A DNA stretch of 64,000 nt from positions 78,483 through 142,482 of the forward strand of contig CAZBWB010000001.1 of assembly GCA_964495875.1 (NCBI GenBank), written 5' to 3'. The notes beneath the pieces are model-generated. The model did no database searches. It saw nothing but the letters and a program-made list of their open reading frames with translations, and was not told the DNA's origin. The translations under genes were made by a program, and so were the position numbers. Below, one piece after another: positions 1 through 9,974 of the stretch. Origin of the DNA: Candidatus Woesearchaeota archaeon (GTDB lineage Archaea; Nanobdellota; Nanobdellia; Pacearchaeales; GW2011-AR1). Each line of letters opens with the position of its first letter. Within the stretch, counting starts at the first letter, position 1.

Positions 1-1
1 T

Positions 2-232
2 GAAATAAGAAAAGGAAGATTTGAAGAAACATGGACAGAGGAATATGAAACAAGTTCTCATTATTTAAAAATAAAATTAATGGGAAAGCCTAAGATAGAA
101 ATAATTTTAGAATCTTGTTATTTGGATAACGGAGCTGGAAAAAGTAGAATAACAACAAAACAAAGAGAAGGTTTCATGAGATGGACAAAAGTTCCAAGTA
201 ACGAAATTTTCTGTGAATTAGAATCACATTAA
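2..232 (+). CDS. C-terminal fragment of a hypothetical protein; the 5' end lies outside the window
   Basis: An open frame runs from the window edge to TAA at 230-232 (...GFMRWTKVPSNEIFCELESH*). I recognise no motif. Confidence 0.3.
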   Translation, partial: EIRKGRFEETWTEEYETSSHYLKIKLMGKPKIEIILESCYLDNGAGKSRITTKQREGFMRWTKVPSNEIFCELESH

Positions 233-234
233 AA

Positions 235-600
235 TTATCTAATCCCAACACCGCTCTTTCTTTCCAAAACCTCAATCCTCTGCTGTAAATGATAAATCTG
301 GTTTGATAAATCTTCTATCTTTGTTGTCATATCCATCAACCGTTTTGCAAGTCTCTTTTTCTTTTCATCTGTTCCAGAAATCGGAACACCAGTATCTTCT
401 TGAGGTTGTGCTGTCTTAACTCCTGAAGCCATTCTTCCAAGAAAATCAAAACCCTGAGCTGTTTCCTGTTGCGGAGAAGTTTCTAAACTTGATTCTTGTG
501 GTTTAGTCGCCTCATCCAACTGTTTTTTGTATTTCTCAGTTAAATCAAGAAATTTATCTCTTTTTCTGAATCCAAATAAAGCCATAATTAATAAAAGCAT
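235..600 (-). CDS. hypothetical coiled-coil protein (121 aa)
   Basis: ORF from the track. Charged, heptad-like C-terminus (LAKRLMDMTTKIEDLSNQIYHLQQRIEVLERK). No recognisable domain. Confidence 0.35.
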   Translation of the reverse strand: MLLLIMALFGFRKRDKFLDLTEKYKKQLDEATKPQESSLETSPQQETAQGFDFLGRMASGVKTAQPQEDTGVPISGTDEKKKRLAKRLMDMTTKIEDLSNQIYHLQQRIEVLERKSGVGIR

Positions 601-757
601 CAGTCATTTTTAAATTTAGTTGTATAAAAAACTCCTTTTCGTTTCCACATTTTAGATGTGGTCTTCAGAGTTTTTTAACCAGAAAATAAAAAAGCTAATC
701 ATTTACTTTGTTTTAGGTATTAGAAACATTTTTTAAACTCCCTATCTTTAAAATCTT

Positions 758-2176
758 ATGCCAGAGATAAAATCTATATTCGAGATAATTGAAGAAGTAA
801 GTCCATATTATAAAAAAAGAGCAGAAAAAAAAGAAAAAGGTATTATCGACTCAGTTCCAGAAACCATTCACACATTGGGTTATGATTCTTCATCAGAAAC
901 TTTAGAGCCTGTCTATTTTTATACTCTTGATTTAATGAATGATTTTGGATTAGCTCCGGAAAAACTTATTGATAATTTCTCATCAACTCCTGGTTCAGGA
1001 CATTTTGCAGAACTTGGACAAAGAGCAACAATCATGCAGCAACAGGCAACAAAAATTTTGGGGGATGTAAACACTGTCCTACGAAGTGTTCTTAATATTA
1101 TTTATGATTTAAAAGAATTCAGGATAAGATTAGAACATTATAAAGGTCTGAAATCCGAAAACAAAGATGAAAAAAATGCTTGTGTTTTGGCATTAAAACA
1201 AATATGGATGGATAAAGTTGATATAGTAAAGGGAAATTCAAGCATTAAAGCAATGGCTTTAGGGCAGGCAGGATTTCAAACATTAATTGATGCCTTTTTA
1301 GCTATAGAAACTGAGAAAGATGTTGACAAACTTGACTTAAATGACAGGGTGAAAAGGATTCTAAGACCAAGAATTCAGGAATTTAATTTATGGGTTGAAC
1401 AATCAGGAAAAGAACTAAGCAAAAGATATGAACTTGAGAAAAATTATTTGAGAAGTCAGGTTAATAGTTTAAAACTTTATTCAAGATGGGTAAAACCTTA
1501 TCTGATGGCAGCTCAGCAACTCGAGTCAAAAGAAAGGGGGAGAGAACCTGCATTAGTGAAAACATTCAATACAATCGTGCTTGAATTAACTTTGCTTGGA
1601 AAAACTGAAATCAATGTAAAAGAAGAAGCTATAGCAGAAAACCTTCCAAAAGATTTCGTAAAATTAAAACCAAAAAGAAAATATTATAGTTGTATATTGG
1701 TGGATTTTATTTTTCGTGGAATCCCTCAAAGAGTCAGTCAGCAACCGCACTATACTTTTGGAGGAAAAGCTACAGTAACTTTTAGAGCTTATTCATTAAA
1801 TGAAGATGAACTTGAAAAATTAGAAGAAGAACTTGAAAAGTCAGATGTGAATGATGTTTTAACATTAATTGAAGGAACAACAACAGAAAGTTTAGGGCAG
1901 TTACAGGAAGAAATTAATTTCTTTTTAGAAGAAAAAGAAGATGAAAAAGAAATAGCAAGACCAAAAGATGAATCAAATCCATTCTTTGCTTTAATAGGAA
2001 AATATAATAAAGAAGAAAAGAAAAAAGAGGAAGGAGAAAGAGAAACAATAATTAGAAAAGAGAATTTTATTGAATCAGAGCATTTGAGACCTTTTACAGC
2101 AGAACGAGCAAGAAATATTTGTTTTAATCTCTTTGATGTTTATAAAAAAGCCCACAATATGCCGAGTTATACATAG
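758..2176 (+). CDS. hypothetical protein (472 aa) with an acidic, coiled-coil-rich C-terminal half
   Basis: Long ORF with coherent composition and no recognisable catalytic motif. Its last 19 nt are duplicated downstream. Confidence 0.5.
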   Translation: MPEIKSIFEIIEEVSPYYKKRAEKKEKGIIDSVPETIHTLGYDSSSETLEPVYFYTLDLMNDFGLAPEKLIDNFSSTPGSGHFAELGQRATIMQQQATKILGDVNTVLRSVLNIIYDLKEFRIRLEHYKGLKSENKDEKNACVLALKQIWMDKVDIVKGNSSIKAMALGQAGFQTLIDAFLAIETEKDVDKLDLNDRVKRILRPRIQEFNLWVEQSGKELSKRYELEKNYLRSQVNSLKLYSRWVKPYLMAAQQLESKERGREPALVKTFNTIVLELTLLGKTEINVKEEAIAENLPKDFVKLKPKRKYYSCILVDFIFRGIPQRVSQQPHYTFGGKATVTFRAYSLNEDELEKLEEELEKSDVNDVLTLIEGTTTESLGQLQEEINFFLEEKEDEKEIARPKDESNPFFALIGKYNKEEKKKEEGERETIIRKENFIESEHLRPFTAERARNICFNLFDVYKKAHNMPSYT

Positions 2177-2245
2177 TGTAATGAAGGTGGTTGCAGGAAC
2201 TGTGAAGAACTCGCTGGTGGTTCTCAATGCTGAGTTATACGTAGT
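2159..2245. repeat. imperfect 19-nt direct repeat that duplicates the 3' end of the upstream gene and flanks a 49-bp GC-richer spacer
   Basis: atgccgagttatacatagt at 2159-2177 and atgctgagttatacgtagt at 2227-2245 (16 of 19 identical). Both copies end in TAG. Confidence 0.6.
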
Positions 2246-2254
2246 TTTTTCAAG

Positions 2255-2848
2255 ATGAAAAAAAGAGAAAAAAATTCTAAAAAAATAAAGAAAAAAGAAA
2301 TAAAAGAGATTAAAAAGAAAAAAAAGATAATTGAAGAGGAGTCTGAATTAGAGAAAAATATTGAAAATACAGAAGAAAAAATAGAAGGTAGTGAATTCAG
2401 GGAATTTCTTCAGCCGATTGACATTGAGCAACGTTCACGAGTATCGCCTCACAACCAAGAACAAGTGAGCTTGCGAACTCCTGCACCAATTCTAAAAAAA
2501 ATAGAAACTCTTCCACAAGAATCCTTGGAATTAGAATTGGCTTCTGAACCTGCATCTGCGAGAGGAAATGAAACAGCAATTGATTATACTCCGAGGAATG
2601 AACCAAAATATTCAAATATTACCACAGAAAATAATTTAGATAAAAGAAAATATGAAAGCGAGTTCCGTCCTCCGATACTAAGACCGACAGATTCCAGCAG
2701 ATTTAGAGAGGAATTTCTAATGCCCTCCCGGGAAATTGGAATAAAAATGGATGAGAATGAAGAAAAAATTGAAACAAATGCTCTTGAACAAAAAAGAAGA
2801 GAAGCTTTTGAAAAAGATGAGAAAAAATATCGGAAAGTTCGGTTGTAG
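2255..2848 (+). CDS. low-complexity Lys/Glu-rich protein (197 aa)
   Basis: ORF opens with KKIKKKEIKEIKKKKK. The composition is highly charged and there is no fold-level motif. Confidence 0.4.
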   Translation: MKKREKNSKKIKKKEIKEIKKKKKIIEEESELEKNIENTEEKIEGSEFREFLQPIDIEQRSRVSPHNQEQVSLRTPAPILKKIETLPQESLELELASEPASARGNETAIDYTPRNEPKYSNITTENNLDKRKYESEFRPPILRPTDSSRFREEFLMPSREIGIKMDENEEKIETNALEQKRREAFEKDEKKYRKVRL

Positions 2849-3151
2849 ATAAATTAATAAATAAACTTCACTTTTATAAAATATGAAAAAGAGTCTTATT
2901 AAAAAAAATATAGAAAAAATATTATGGATAATAGGAATTATAATTATAATCGCTTTGTTATTGAGGGCATTTGGAGTAATATAATATGGAGCTTCGAATA
3001 TTGTCCTTTTTAATAAACTTTGCAGTAATAACCTTAATAGGATTAAGAACATTAAATACGCGATGTTTTAATGCAGGAGATATTAATCTTTCAATAGGTG
3101 CATTAATATTTTCTGTAATCATTGAAATAATTTCAATAAGGAAAAAATAAA

Positions 3152-4927
3152 ATGGCAAAAAATGGTGGTTATAATATAGGTAGTATTTATCAAGGAGGAT
3201 ATTCATCTCTTAAACCAAATTATGGAAATGTTTTCACGCACTATAGGGTTAATGCTAGCACTTTTGGTTTGACAACAGACCCAAGAACAGCAAATGTTGT
3301 TCAGGATGCTTCAACAAAACTTTCAACAGGTGTGAAACATATGGAAATTTCTGCAATACAACCAGAAGTTTTTGAATCAATTCCAAAACAACAATTAAAA
3401 GAATTAAATAGATTAAGCAAATTAACAGGAGTTGATGTTTCTGTTCACGGTCCAATTGTAGAAGCATCTGGATTGACTCAAAGAGAAGGATTCACAGAAG
3501 CAAACAGAAAGGCAGCAGAAAGGCAAATGACTTCAGCAGTTGAAAGGAGTCATGAAATAAATCCTCAAGGAAATATACCCGTAACTTTCCATTCATCTGC
3601 AATGCTTCCCGGACAAGTCACAGAAAAGGGAAAAAAACCAGAAGATATACTTGTAATAAATCAGGAAACAGGAGACATTAACAGAATTCCTATAAAAGAA
3701 ATAAAACACTTCCCAGGAGAAGAAATCCCAGAAGAAATGCAAAAACATGTTCAACAAGAATTAAACAGAATAAATGAAGAATCATGGCTTCACAGCAAAA
3801 GTAATCTTTCATATAGCAGCGAAAGAGCTGATGAAATAATTGATATGTATGGAGCGACTGCAATTGCATCAGAATCCCAAAAAAGAAAAGGAAAAGAAAT
3901 AACTCCAAAACAACAGAGGGCAATACATGCATTTAATGTAGCTAACTCTTTTTTAAGTGATGCTTACAGGTCATTTAAGGGATTATATGAATCTGCATAC
4001 AATAATGCAGCAACAGAACAGGACAAAGAAATACTCCGTGAGTTAAGAGATAAAATTGAAGAAAGAGCAAAAAAAATCAAAGAAGCTAAAGATAGTTCAG
4101 AGAGCGTGTTGCTAAAACAAGAAATCATTGAAGAAGGAATTGAAACTCTGAACAAACTCAATGTTCCACAAATTTTCAAACCGTTAAATGATTTTGCAAA
4201 AGAAAAAACAATCCAGACATTTGCCAATGTGGCGCTTAATTCTTATAAAAAATTCAAGGACAAATCACCAATAATTAGTGTTGAAAATCCTCCTGTAGGC
4301 GGGGCATTTGCAACAGGTGAAGAATTAAAAGAAATTATTGAAAAAGCAAGGGAAAAATTTGTAAAACAGGCTATACAGGAAGGCATGACAAAAAGCCAGG
4401 CAACAAATGCCGCTGAAAAGATTTTGGGAGTTACGTGGGATGTGGGGCATATCAATATGCTCAGAAAATACGGTTATGAAGCCAAAGATATCATAAAAGA
4501 AACAGAAGCAGTTGCACCATTAGTGAAGCATATTCATCTTTCTGATAATTTTGGATTAGAACATACCGAATTACCTATGGGAATGGGAAATGTTCCAATT
4601 AAAGAAATCCTGGATAAACTTGGAAAAGAAGGTTTTGATGCAAAAAAGATTATTGAGGCAGGCAGCTGGTGGCAGCATTTCAAAACCCCGCCAGTCACAG
4701 AAACATTGCAGGCATTTGGTTCACCAATTTATTCTATGGAAATGGCTCCTTACTGGAATCAGGCATTAGGATTTCAACAAGGATATTATGGAGGTTTGGC
4801 AGGACAATGGCTTCCCCAGGTAAATTATGAAACATTCGGAGGAGGCTTTTCCCAATTACCAGCAGAACTCGGAGGACAGCGTCCAGGAGCACAGGGAAGC
4901 AGAATGAGCGGAAAACCCATGGAATAA
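3152..4927 (+). CDS. xylose-isomerase-like TIM-barrel (AP endonuclease 2 / sugar-phosphate isomerase superfamily) protein with a ~280-aa coiled-coil insertion and a Gly/Gln-rich C-terminal tail
   Basis: The N-terminal barrel segment (ISAIQPEVFE...GVDVSVHGP) and C-terminal segment (WDVGHINM...VKHIHLSDNFGLEHTELPMGMGNVPIKEIL) carry metal-ligand-like His/Asp/Glu patterns typical of PF01261. The tail reads GFQQGYYGGLAGQW...GGQRPGAQG. Confidence 0.5.
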   Translation: MAKNGGYNIGSIYQGGYSSLKPNYGNVFTHYRVNASTFGLTTDPRTANVVQDASTKLSTGVKHMEISAIQPEVFESIPKQQLKELNRLSKLTGVDVSVHGPIVEASGLTQREGFTEANRKAAERQMTSAVERSHEINPQGNIPVTFHSSAMLPGQVTEKGKKPEDILVINQETGDINRIPIKEIKHFPGEEIPEEMQKHVQQELNRINEESWLHSKSNLSYSSERADEIIDMYGATAIASESQKRKGKEITPKQQRAIHAFNVANSFLSDAYRSFKGLYESAYNNAATEQDKEILRELRDKIEERAKKIKEAKDSSESVLLKQEIIEEGIETLNKLNVPQIFKPLNDFAKEKTIQTFANVALNSYKKFKDKSPIISVENPPVGGAFATGEELKEIIEKAREKFVKQAIQEGMTKSQATNAAEKILGVTWDVGHINMLRKYGYEAKDIIKETEAVAPLVKHIHLSDNFGLEHTELPMGMGNVPIKEILDKLGKEGFDAKKIIEAGSWWQHFKTPPVTETLQAFGSPIYSMEMAPYWNQALGFQQGYYGGLAGQWLPQVNYETFGGGFSQLPAELGGQRPGAQGSRMSGKPME

Positions 4928-5021
4928 AAATTAATAAAAAAATTTCATTAATAAAAGATATTAATAAGTGAACCAATTAATAATCTTTAAAAACTAAAGT
5001 ATCTTAACTTAAATATAAAAG

Positions 5022-5870
5022 ATGGTGAAGAAAAAGACTAAATCTACAAGGAAATCCAAGAAAAAAACTATCAATAAAAAAAATATTCCAACCTTGGATT
5101 TAAAGACAGAATCTGAAATTGCAATGGATTTTGCCACAAAAGTTTATAAAAGATTTAATAAAATAATCAAATCAATTATCCTTTTTGGCTCTGCAATCAA
5201 ACAGACTTCTACTGCTGGTTCAGATATCGACATAATTATTATACTGGACGATGTTTCAATAAAATGGGGGCAGGAATTAATTGCGTGGTATAGGGAAGAA
5301 CTTGATAAAATATTGAGAAGAAATCCTTATCAAAAAAGTCTGCATATTAATACGATAAAATTAAGCACGTGGTGGGAAGATTTAATGCGGGGAGACCCTG
5401 TGGTTGTAAATGTTTTGAGACACGGCGAGTCTGTAATTGATTTAGCCGGATTTTTTGAGCCACTGAAATATTTGCTAATAACTGGAAAAATAAAATCAAC
5501 TCCAGAATCAATTTATAATTGTCTGCAGAGAGCACCGCAGCACATGTTAAGAAGCAAAGTTGCTGAATTAAATTCTATTGAAGGATTATACTGGGCAATG
5601 GTTGATTCTGCTCATGCAGCATTAATTGCAGCAGATGTTCCTCCTGCATCTCCAGAACATGTCTCGGTTGATTTAAAAGACACTTTTGTAAACACAGGAA
5701 AACTCAATATGAAATATGTTTTATGGTATAGAGATTTGCTTTTGCTTCATAAAAAAATTGCTCACGGTGAGATTAATGATTTAAAAGGCATAGAAATTGA
5801 CCAGTGGCAGGAACGAACAGAGGATTTCATGAGAACAATGGCAAAATTAGTCAATGATTATATTAAATGA
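5022..5870 (+). CDS. Pol-beta-superfamily nucleotidyltransferase domain protein with a helical C-terminal domain; paralog of 8321-9898
   Basis: GS...D.D motif: FGSAIKQTSTAGSDIDIIIILDD. The downstream segment GKIKSTPES...ADVPPASPEHV parallels GKLKPSPEA...GLPPPTPKHL in the 525-aa protein. Confidence 0.6.
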   Translation: MVKKKTKSTRKSKKKTINKKNIPTLDLKTESEIAMDFATKVYKRFNKIIKSIILFGSAIKQTSTAGSDIDIIIILDDVSIKWGQELIAWYREELDKILRRNPYQKSLHINTIKLSTWWEDLMRGDPVVVNVLRHGESVIDLAGFFEPLKYLLITGKIKSTPESIYNCLQRAPQHMLRSKVAELNSIEGLYWAMVDSAHAALIAADVPPASPEHVSVDLKDTFVNTGKLNMKYVLWYRDLLLLHKKIAHGEINDLKGIEIDQWQERTEDFMRTMAKLVNDYIK

Positions 5871-5879
5871 TGAATTTTC

Positions 5880-6305
5880 CTAATTATAAATTCCCTGAAT
5901 TAATTTTATTGGACGAACTACATTCTCTTCAAATCCAGTTTCATCATTAACAATATGTATATTATCAGCAATATCTAACAATTTTTTAACATCTCCCTGA
6001 CTCACATGATAAGCACACTGAAGTAAATCATCATCAGTTAACAAAACTTCTTCATTCATTTCTTTGTTTCTTTTATCAGCAATGCAATCAAGAACAATTT
6101 TTCTGGGTGAATTTGATATTCTCCTGTTTGCTCTTTCTGATAACTCTTTCCTGAGTTGTATTGCCTGTTCTTTTAGAACAGGAAAAGAAATATAACCAAA
6201 TGCTGGGTCATATTGCCCTGTTATTGAATTCAGTAACTCTTCCCTTCCTGTAACAACCTGAACTATTTTTCCACATTTAGTAAAAATAGCATAATTCTGT
6301 CTCAT
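5880..6305 (-). CDS. hypothetical protein (141 aa)
   Basis: ORF from the track. Its start codon abuts the stop of the upstream co-oriented gene at 6305/6306. Confidence 0.45.
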   Translation of the reverse strand: MRQNYAIFTKCGKIVQVVTGREELLNSITGQYDPAFGYISFPVLKEQAIQLRKELSERANRRISNSPRKIVLDCIADKRNKEMNEEVLLTDDDLLQCAYHVSQGDVKKLLDIADNIHIVNDETGFEENVVRPIKLIQGIYN

Positions 6306-6893
6306 TTATTTTTTTCCTTCTGCTTTCTTTTCTGGTTTAAACATTTGTGTAAGGTCCTTTTTCAAAGCATCTCTGCCAGTAGGTCCTGATAATTTTTCTA
6401 TTTCTAATTGTTCAAAAGCCTGAATTGGAATTACTATTTTCCCATATTTTTCTAGAGTAGCCTGTGCCTTTTCTTTTTCCTCATCTGTAAGATTTGGTAC
6501 TGGGTTATCAAGAGTCTTCTGAGCTTTCATATACTCAGAAAGAATATCTTCGTATTTTTCACTACCATATTGACTAGTGAAAAATTTTGCTGCCTCTGCA
6601 TATGAATCACCTTCAATATATTCCTTGAAATAATCAGAATAGAATTTAAATAACTCCTTGATTTTAGCATTCATTAAAGTTTTCTGATATCCAGGAGCAT
6701 ATGTATTTGCCAAAAGTTTATCCCCTCGGTCTGATTTTCTAATCATGTTAAGTAATATTGGACCGTCTTTCCCCATGTCCAGAGCACCAGCTAATATTTC
6801 CAATGCGCCTTTTGCAGCTGTTTCGTTTTTCTTCTCATAATGTTGTAACGCAACTGCAGCAGATCTATATTTTGTTAAATCTTCTAATCCCAT
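6306..6893 (-). CDS. hypothetical protein (195 aa)
   Basis: ORF from the track, mostly helical and charged. No recognisable motif. Confidence 0.45.
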   Translation of the reverse strand: MGLEDLTKYRSAAVALQHYEKKNETAAKGALEILAGALDMGKDGPILLNMIRKSDRGDKLLANTYAPGYQKTLMNAKIKELFKFYSDYFKEYIEGDSYAEAAKFFTSQYGSEKYEDILSEYMKAQKTLDNPVPNLTDEEKEKAQATLEKYGKIVIPIQAFEQLEIEKLSGPTGRDALKKDLTQMFKPEKKAEGKK

Positions 6894-7183
6894 AATTTTT
6901 CCATATATTTATCCTTTATAAATATTTCTATATTGTTACTACTGAGTAATTATAATTCGAAAGATTTAAATATAAAGATTTTTATAAAAAGATTATGAAA
7001 ATAAGTAAGATGTATATTTTAGCACTCGGATTGAGACTTTCAGCCATATATGCAAATGTAAATTCTGAAAAGTTAGAAAGAAAATTAGAAGAGGAAAGAA
7101 GATTTGGAAAAACAGAGATACATCCTCCGGACCCAGAAAATCCAAGTGTAGAGTATTATCCAATATTTACAGCAGAATATTAA

Positions 7184-7726
7184 TTAATGTTTTATAACTT
7201 CATAAACAACTCTCGTCTTTCCAGGAAGTTTGGATTTAATCTGACTGTATATTTTTCTCACAAGAGCTATTGCTTTAGTATTTGCAACAGCAGTCATGAA
7301 AAGTTTGGTATTTTTTTTAACTATTGCTGACTTACCTGAAGTTTTTCCAAAAGATAATTGCATTCCTGTCTGCATTCTGTCTGCACCAGCACCTGTCAGC
7401 ATCTTGTTCTCCCTCTGAATATGATGAGAGTAAGGAATTATTTTGAAAAAATACTGCCCGCCAAGTTCTGTATCAAGTTTTTTGTTAAGAAATTGTCTGC
7501 AGGCTTCAAGAGCATTTTGTCTAATCTGAATATTTTCTTCTGAAACTAAAGTCAAGACATGAGGCAATTTTCCCCGGAGATACAACTTTTCCTTGCCCAT
7601 ATTAAATTTCACAATTTTCTGTTGCGGAACAGTTTTTATATAAGACTTTCCTTTCTTCTTGCTGACTCTAGTATAAGGAACAACTTTCTTTTTTGAATAT
7701 GCTGTTGCTTTTCTCAATGATGCCAT
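7184..7726 (-). CDS. rpl10e: 50S ribosomal protein L10e (uL16)
   Basis: Conserved L10e/L16 core GAGADRMQTGMQLSFGK. Basic N-terminus and ~180 aa length fit the family. Confidence 0.9.
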   Translation of the reverse strand: MASLRKATAYSKKKVVPYTRVSKKKGKSYIKTVPQQKIVKFNMGKEKLYLRGKLPHVLTLVSEENIQIRQNALEACRQFLNKKLDTELGGQYFFKIIPYSHHIQRENKMLTGAGADRMQTGMQLSFGKTSGKSAIVKKNTKLFMTAVANTKAIALVRKIYSQIKSKLPGKTRVVYEVIKH

Positions 7727-7727
7727 T

Positions 7728-7982
7728 TTATTTTACCTCGATTTCAGTTGTGATAGCCTGTCCAGGCAAACCTTTTTCAAAAATTGCACGAACAAGTCCT
7801 TTATTTCCGTGAGCAGATGAAATCTTGCCTTTGATTATTTTTCCTGCAGGAGATTTCCATTCGACTTCTTTGCCGACGAATTTTTCAGCCTCTTTCCTGT
7901 CTTTCGCACTAACGTCTATTAAAAAATGCCTCTCATGAATCGTATGCCTTCCTCTCCGAAACTGAACAATTTTTGCTTTCAT
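7728..7982 (-). CDS. rpl35ae: 50S ribosomal protein L35Ae
   Basis: WKSPAGKIIKGKISSAHGNKGLVRAIFEKGLPGQA matches the L35Ae signature (HG.KG.VRA.F..GLPGQA). Confidence 0.85.
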   Translation of the reverse strand: MKAKIVQFRRGRHTIHERHFLIDVSAKDRKEAEKFVGKEVEWKSPAGKIIKGKISSAHGNKGLVRAIFEKGLPGQAITTEIEVK

Positions 7983-8028
7983 GAAAATAAATAAAGAAAT
8001 TAGTTTAAAAATATTTGCTAATAAAAAA

Positions 8029-8337
8029 TTATCCTGTTTCTACTGCGTGTAAAACATAGGATTTATTGCCAAGTATCTCATCCATCTCTCCCGTAGTAAT
8101 CATGTCTGATACTGAACGAAGATTATTATATCCTGGAGAAAGAACTAAGTCCTCTACCCACATATCTCCTATACAAACTTCAATGCATGCTGTAATCTCT
8201 TCTCCATTTCTGTCAGTATATCCTTCATATAATTGCACATTTTTATATTGGATAAAATCCCTTTCAACATTTTCTGTCTCGGGAATAGTTCTTGCTCTAT
8301 AAAATGGGATGATTTTTGCTTTACTCTCCTTTGCCAT
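8029..8337 (-). CDS. hypothetical protein (102 aa)
   Basis: ORF from the track. It overlaps the start of the upstream nucleotidyltransferase gene by 17 nt. Confidence 0.4.
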   Translation of the reverse strand: MAKESKAKIIPFYRARTIPETENVERDFIQYKNVQLYEGYTDRNGEEITACIEVCIGDMWVEDLVLSPGYNNLRSVSDMITTGEMDEILGNKSYVLHAVETG

Positions 8338-9898
8338 TCTTCTCCTTCTTATTTGCCAGTTCGCATCTCTGATTATATTCTATCAAGTCATTAATCAAAA
8401 TAGATGCATTCTTTCTCGCATCATCAACTTTGTGAACATTCAATTTTCCTTTTTTGAAATCTGCCCTCGCAGTAATAATATCTTTCAAAATTCTCAAATC
8501 CTGTGGTTGCATCTTGCCTTTCTTTATTAAACTCTTCTCAAATTCTTCAACCATCGCAGACTGGCTTTTATTGCCAAACATAGTTTTCAAAATGTCAAAA
8601 ATATCCTTGTAAATTTGCTCAATTGTTTTTTCAGAAGTTCTCTTTTCAATCTGCTCTCTCAATTCCTTAAGTCTCTTGAGATAATCTTCTGTATCCTTAA
8701 TCAGTTTATCAACCTCAGCTCCTTTGATATCTTTTATTTTTTCATGCTCATAATCTTTGTAAATTCCGACGATTTTTTCAAGAATGTTGATATATTTCTT
8801 TTCCAGCATTTTTTCCTTATCAACAAAAATTTTCTTCATTTCTGAAACAAGATGTTTTGGTGTTGGTGGCGGCAGTCCGTAAAGCATGAGCAATGCCTGA
8901 CTTGGTGTTGAAACACCCCAATAAACATCATGAACAACAATATCGAGCAGAGCCATTTTTGCTCTTGACACTGTCTTATCTCCCATTGACATAAACATAT
9001 CAATTGCTTCAGGAGAGGGTTTCAATTTCCCCATTTTCAACAGAGCTTTCCATGGCATGAATGTTCCTCTGTCATAAATTGGAATACCATCTCTGATAAA
9101 AGTAAAAATAACAGGATGAGCATCTTTGACACTTTCCCAAAAATCAGTCAAAAGATAAACCTGAGGCTCAAGTTTGTTCTTGACACCAGCCAAAGCAGAT
9201 GCCTCGGCAACATACTGATAAATAATCGCCCTGAGCCGTTCTTTTAATTCAAGTCTGGGCATTCTTTTTACATCTGTATCATTGATAACTATAAAAACAT
9301 CAACATCAGAAGTTTTTACTGCTTCACCCCTGATTAAACTCCCTCCGATAACATAACTGACAACATATTTCTCAAACTTTTGCAAAACCAGAGATTTGTG
9401 AATTTCTGCCACTCTCAGTGCTCCTAAAATTCCTTTGTCATAAAGCGGGAAAGACATTCCTATTGCACTTACTAAATCAAACTTGCTATCAAGACAATTC
9501 TCCCATACATCAACAGGTGTCTTAATCTGAAGCCAAATTTTTTGTTTCATTGCTTCAATCTGCTTGATAATTTCCTGTTTTATCTTGGGTATCTCCTTAA
9601 ACTTCTCTTCTGGAACAACCATATACATATGAACATACTTTTCAGTTTCTTTTGGAACTTCCTCTTCCTCAACAAATAATTTAATTGACATTGGCGGAAG
9701 AATGCTAATTGACTGAGTAAAGGAATATTTTTTAACGATAAAATTTTTCAGCTTTTCAAGTTCTTTTTTAACTTTCTCCATATCTTTCTGAACTTTATCA
9801 GGTGTTTCTGAAATCTCCGGAAGTTTATTGGAATACTTTTTACTAAGGGACATTTCCGATATATCTTCATCGCTATTATTTGCTTTGTCTGAACGCAT
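8321..9898 (-). CDS. large Pol-beta-superfamily nucleotidyltransferase domain protein (525 aa) with N-terminal coiled coil; paralog of 5022-5870
   Basis: NTase motif VIGGSLIRGEAVKTSDVDVFIVIND. The post-NTase region is homologous to the 282-aa protein. Long K/E-rich helical N- and C-terminal extensions. Confidence 0.6.
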   Translation of the reverse strand: MRSDKANNSDEDISEMSLSKKYSNKLPEISETPDKVQKDMEKVKKELEKLKNFIVKKYSFTQSISILPPMSIKLFVEEEEVPKETEKYVHMYMVVPEEKFKEIPKIKQEIIKQIEAMKQKIWLQIKTPVDVWENCLDSKFDLVSAIGMSFPLYDKGILGALRVAEIHKSLVLQKFEKYVVSYVIGGSLIRGEAVKTSDVDVFIVINDTDVKRMPRLELKERLRAIIYQYVAEASALAGVKNKLEPQVYLLTDFWESVKDAHPVIFTFIRDGIPIYDRGTFMPWKALLKMGKLKPSPEAIDMFMSMGDKTVSRAKMALLDIVVHDVYWGVSTPSQALLMLYGLPPPTPKHLVSEMKKIFVDKEKMLEKKYINILEKIVGIYKDYEHEKIKDIKGAEVDKLIKDTEDYLKRLKELREQIEKRTSEKTIEQIYKDIFDILKTMFGNKSQSAMVEEFEKSLIKKGKMQPQDLRILKDIITARADFKKGKLNVHKVDDARKNASILINDLIEYNQRCELANKKEKNGKGE

Positions 9899-9974
9899 AA
9901 TGAAAAAACATCCATTTCCCTTATAAATCTTTCTTATAGATAAATTTTAAAAGTTAAACAAGCATTATCCATAT

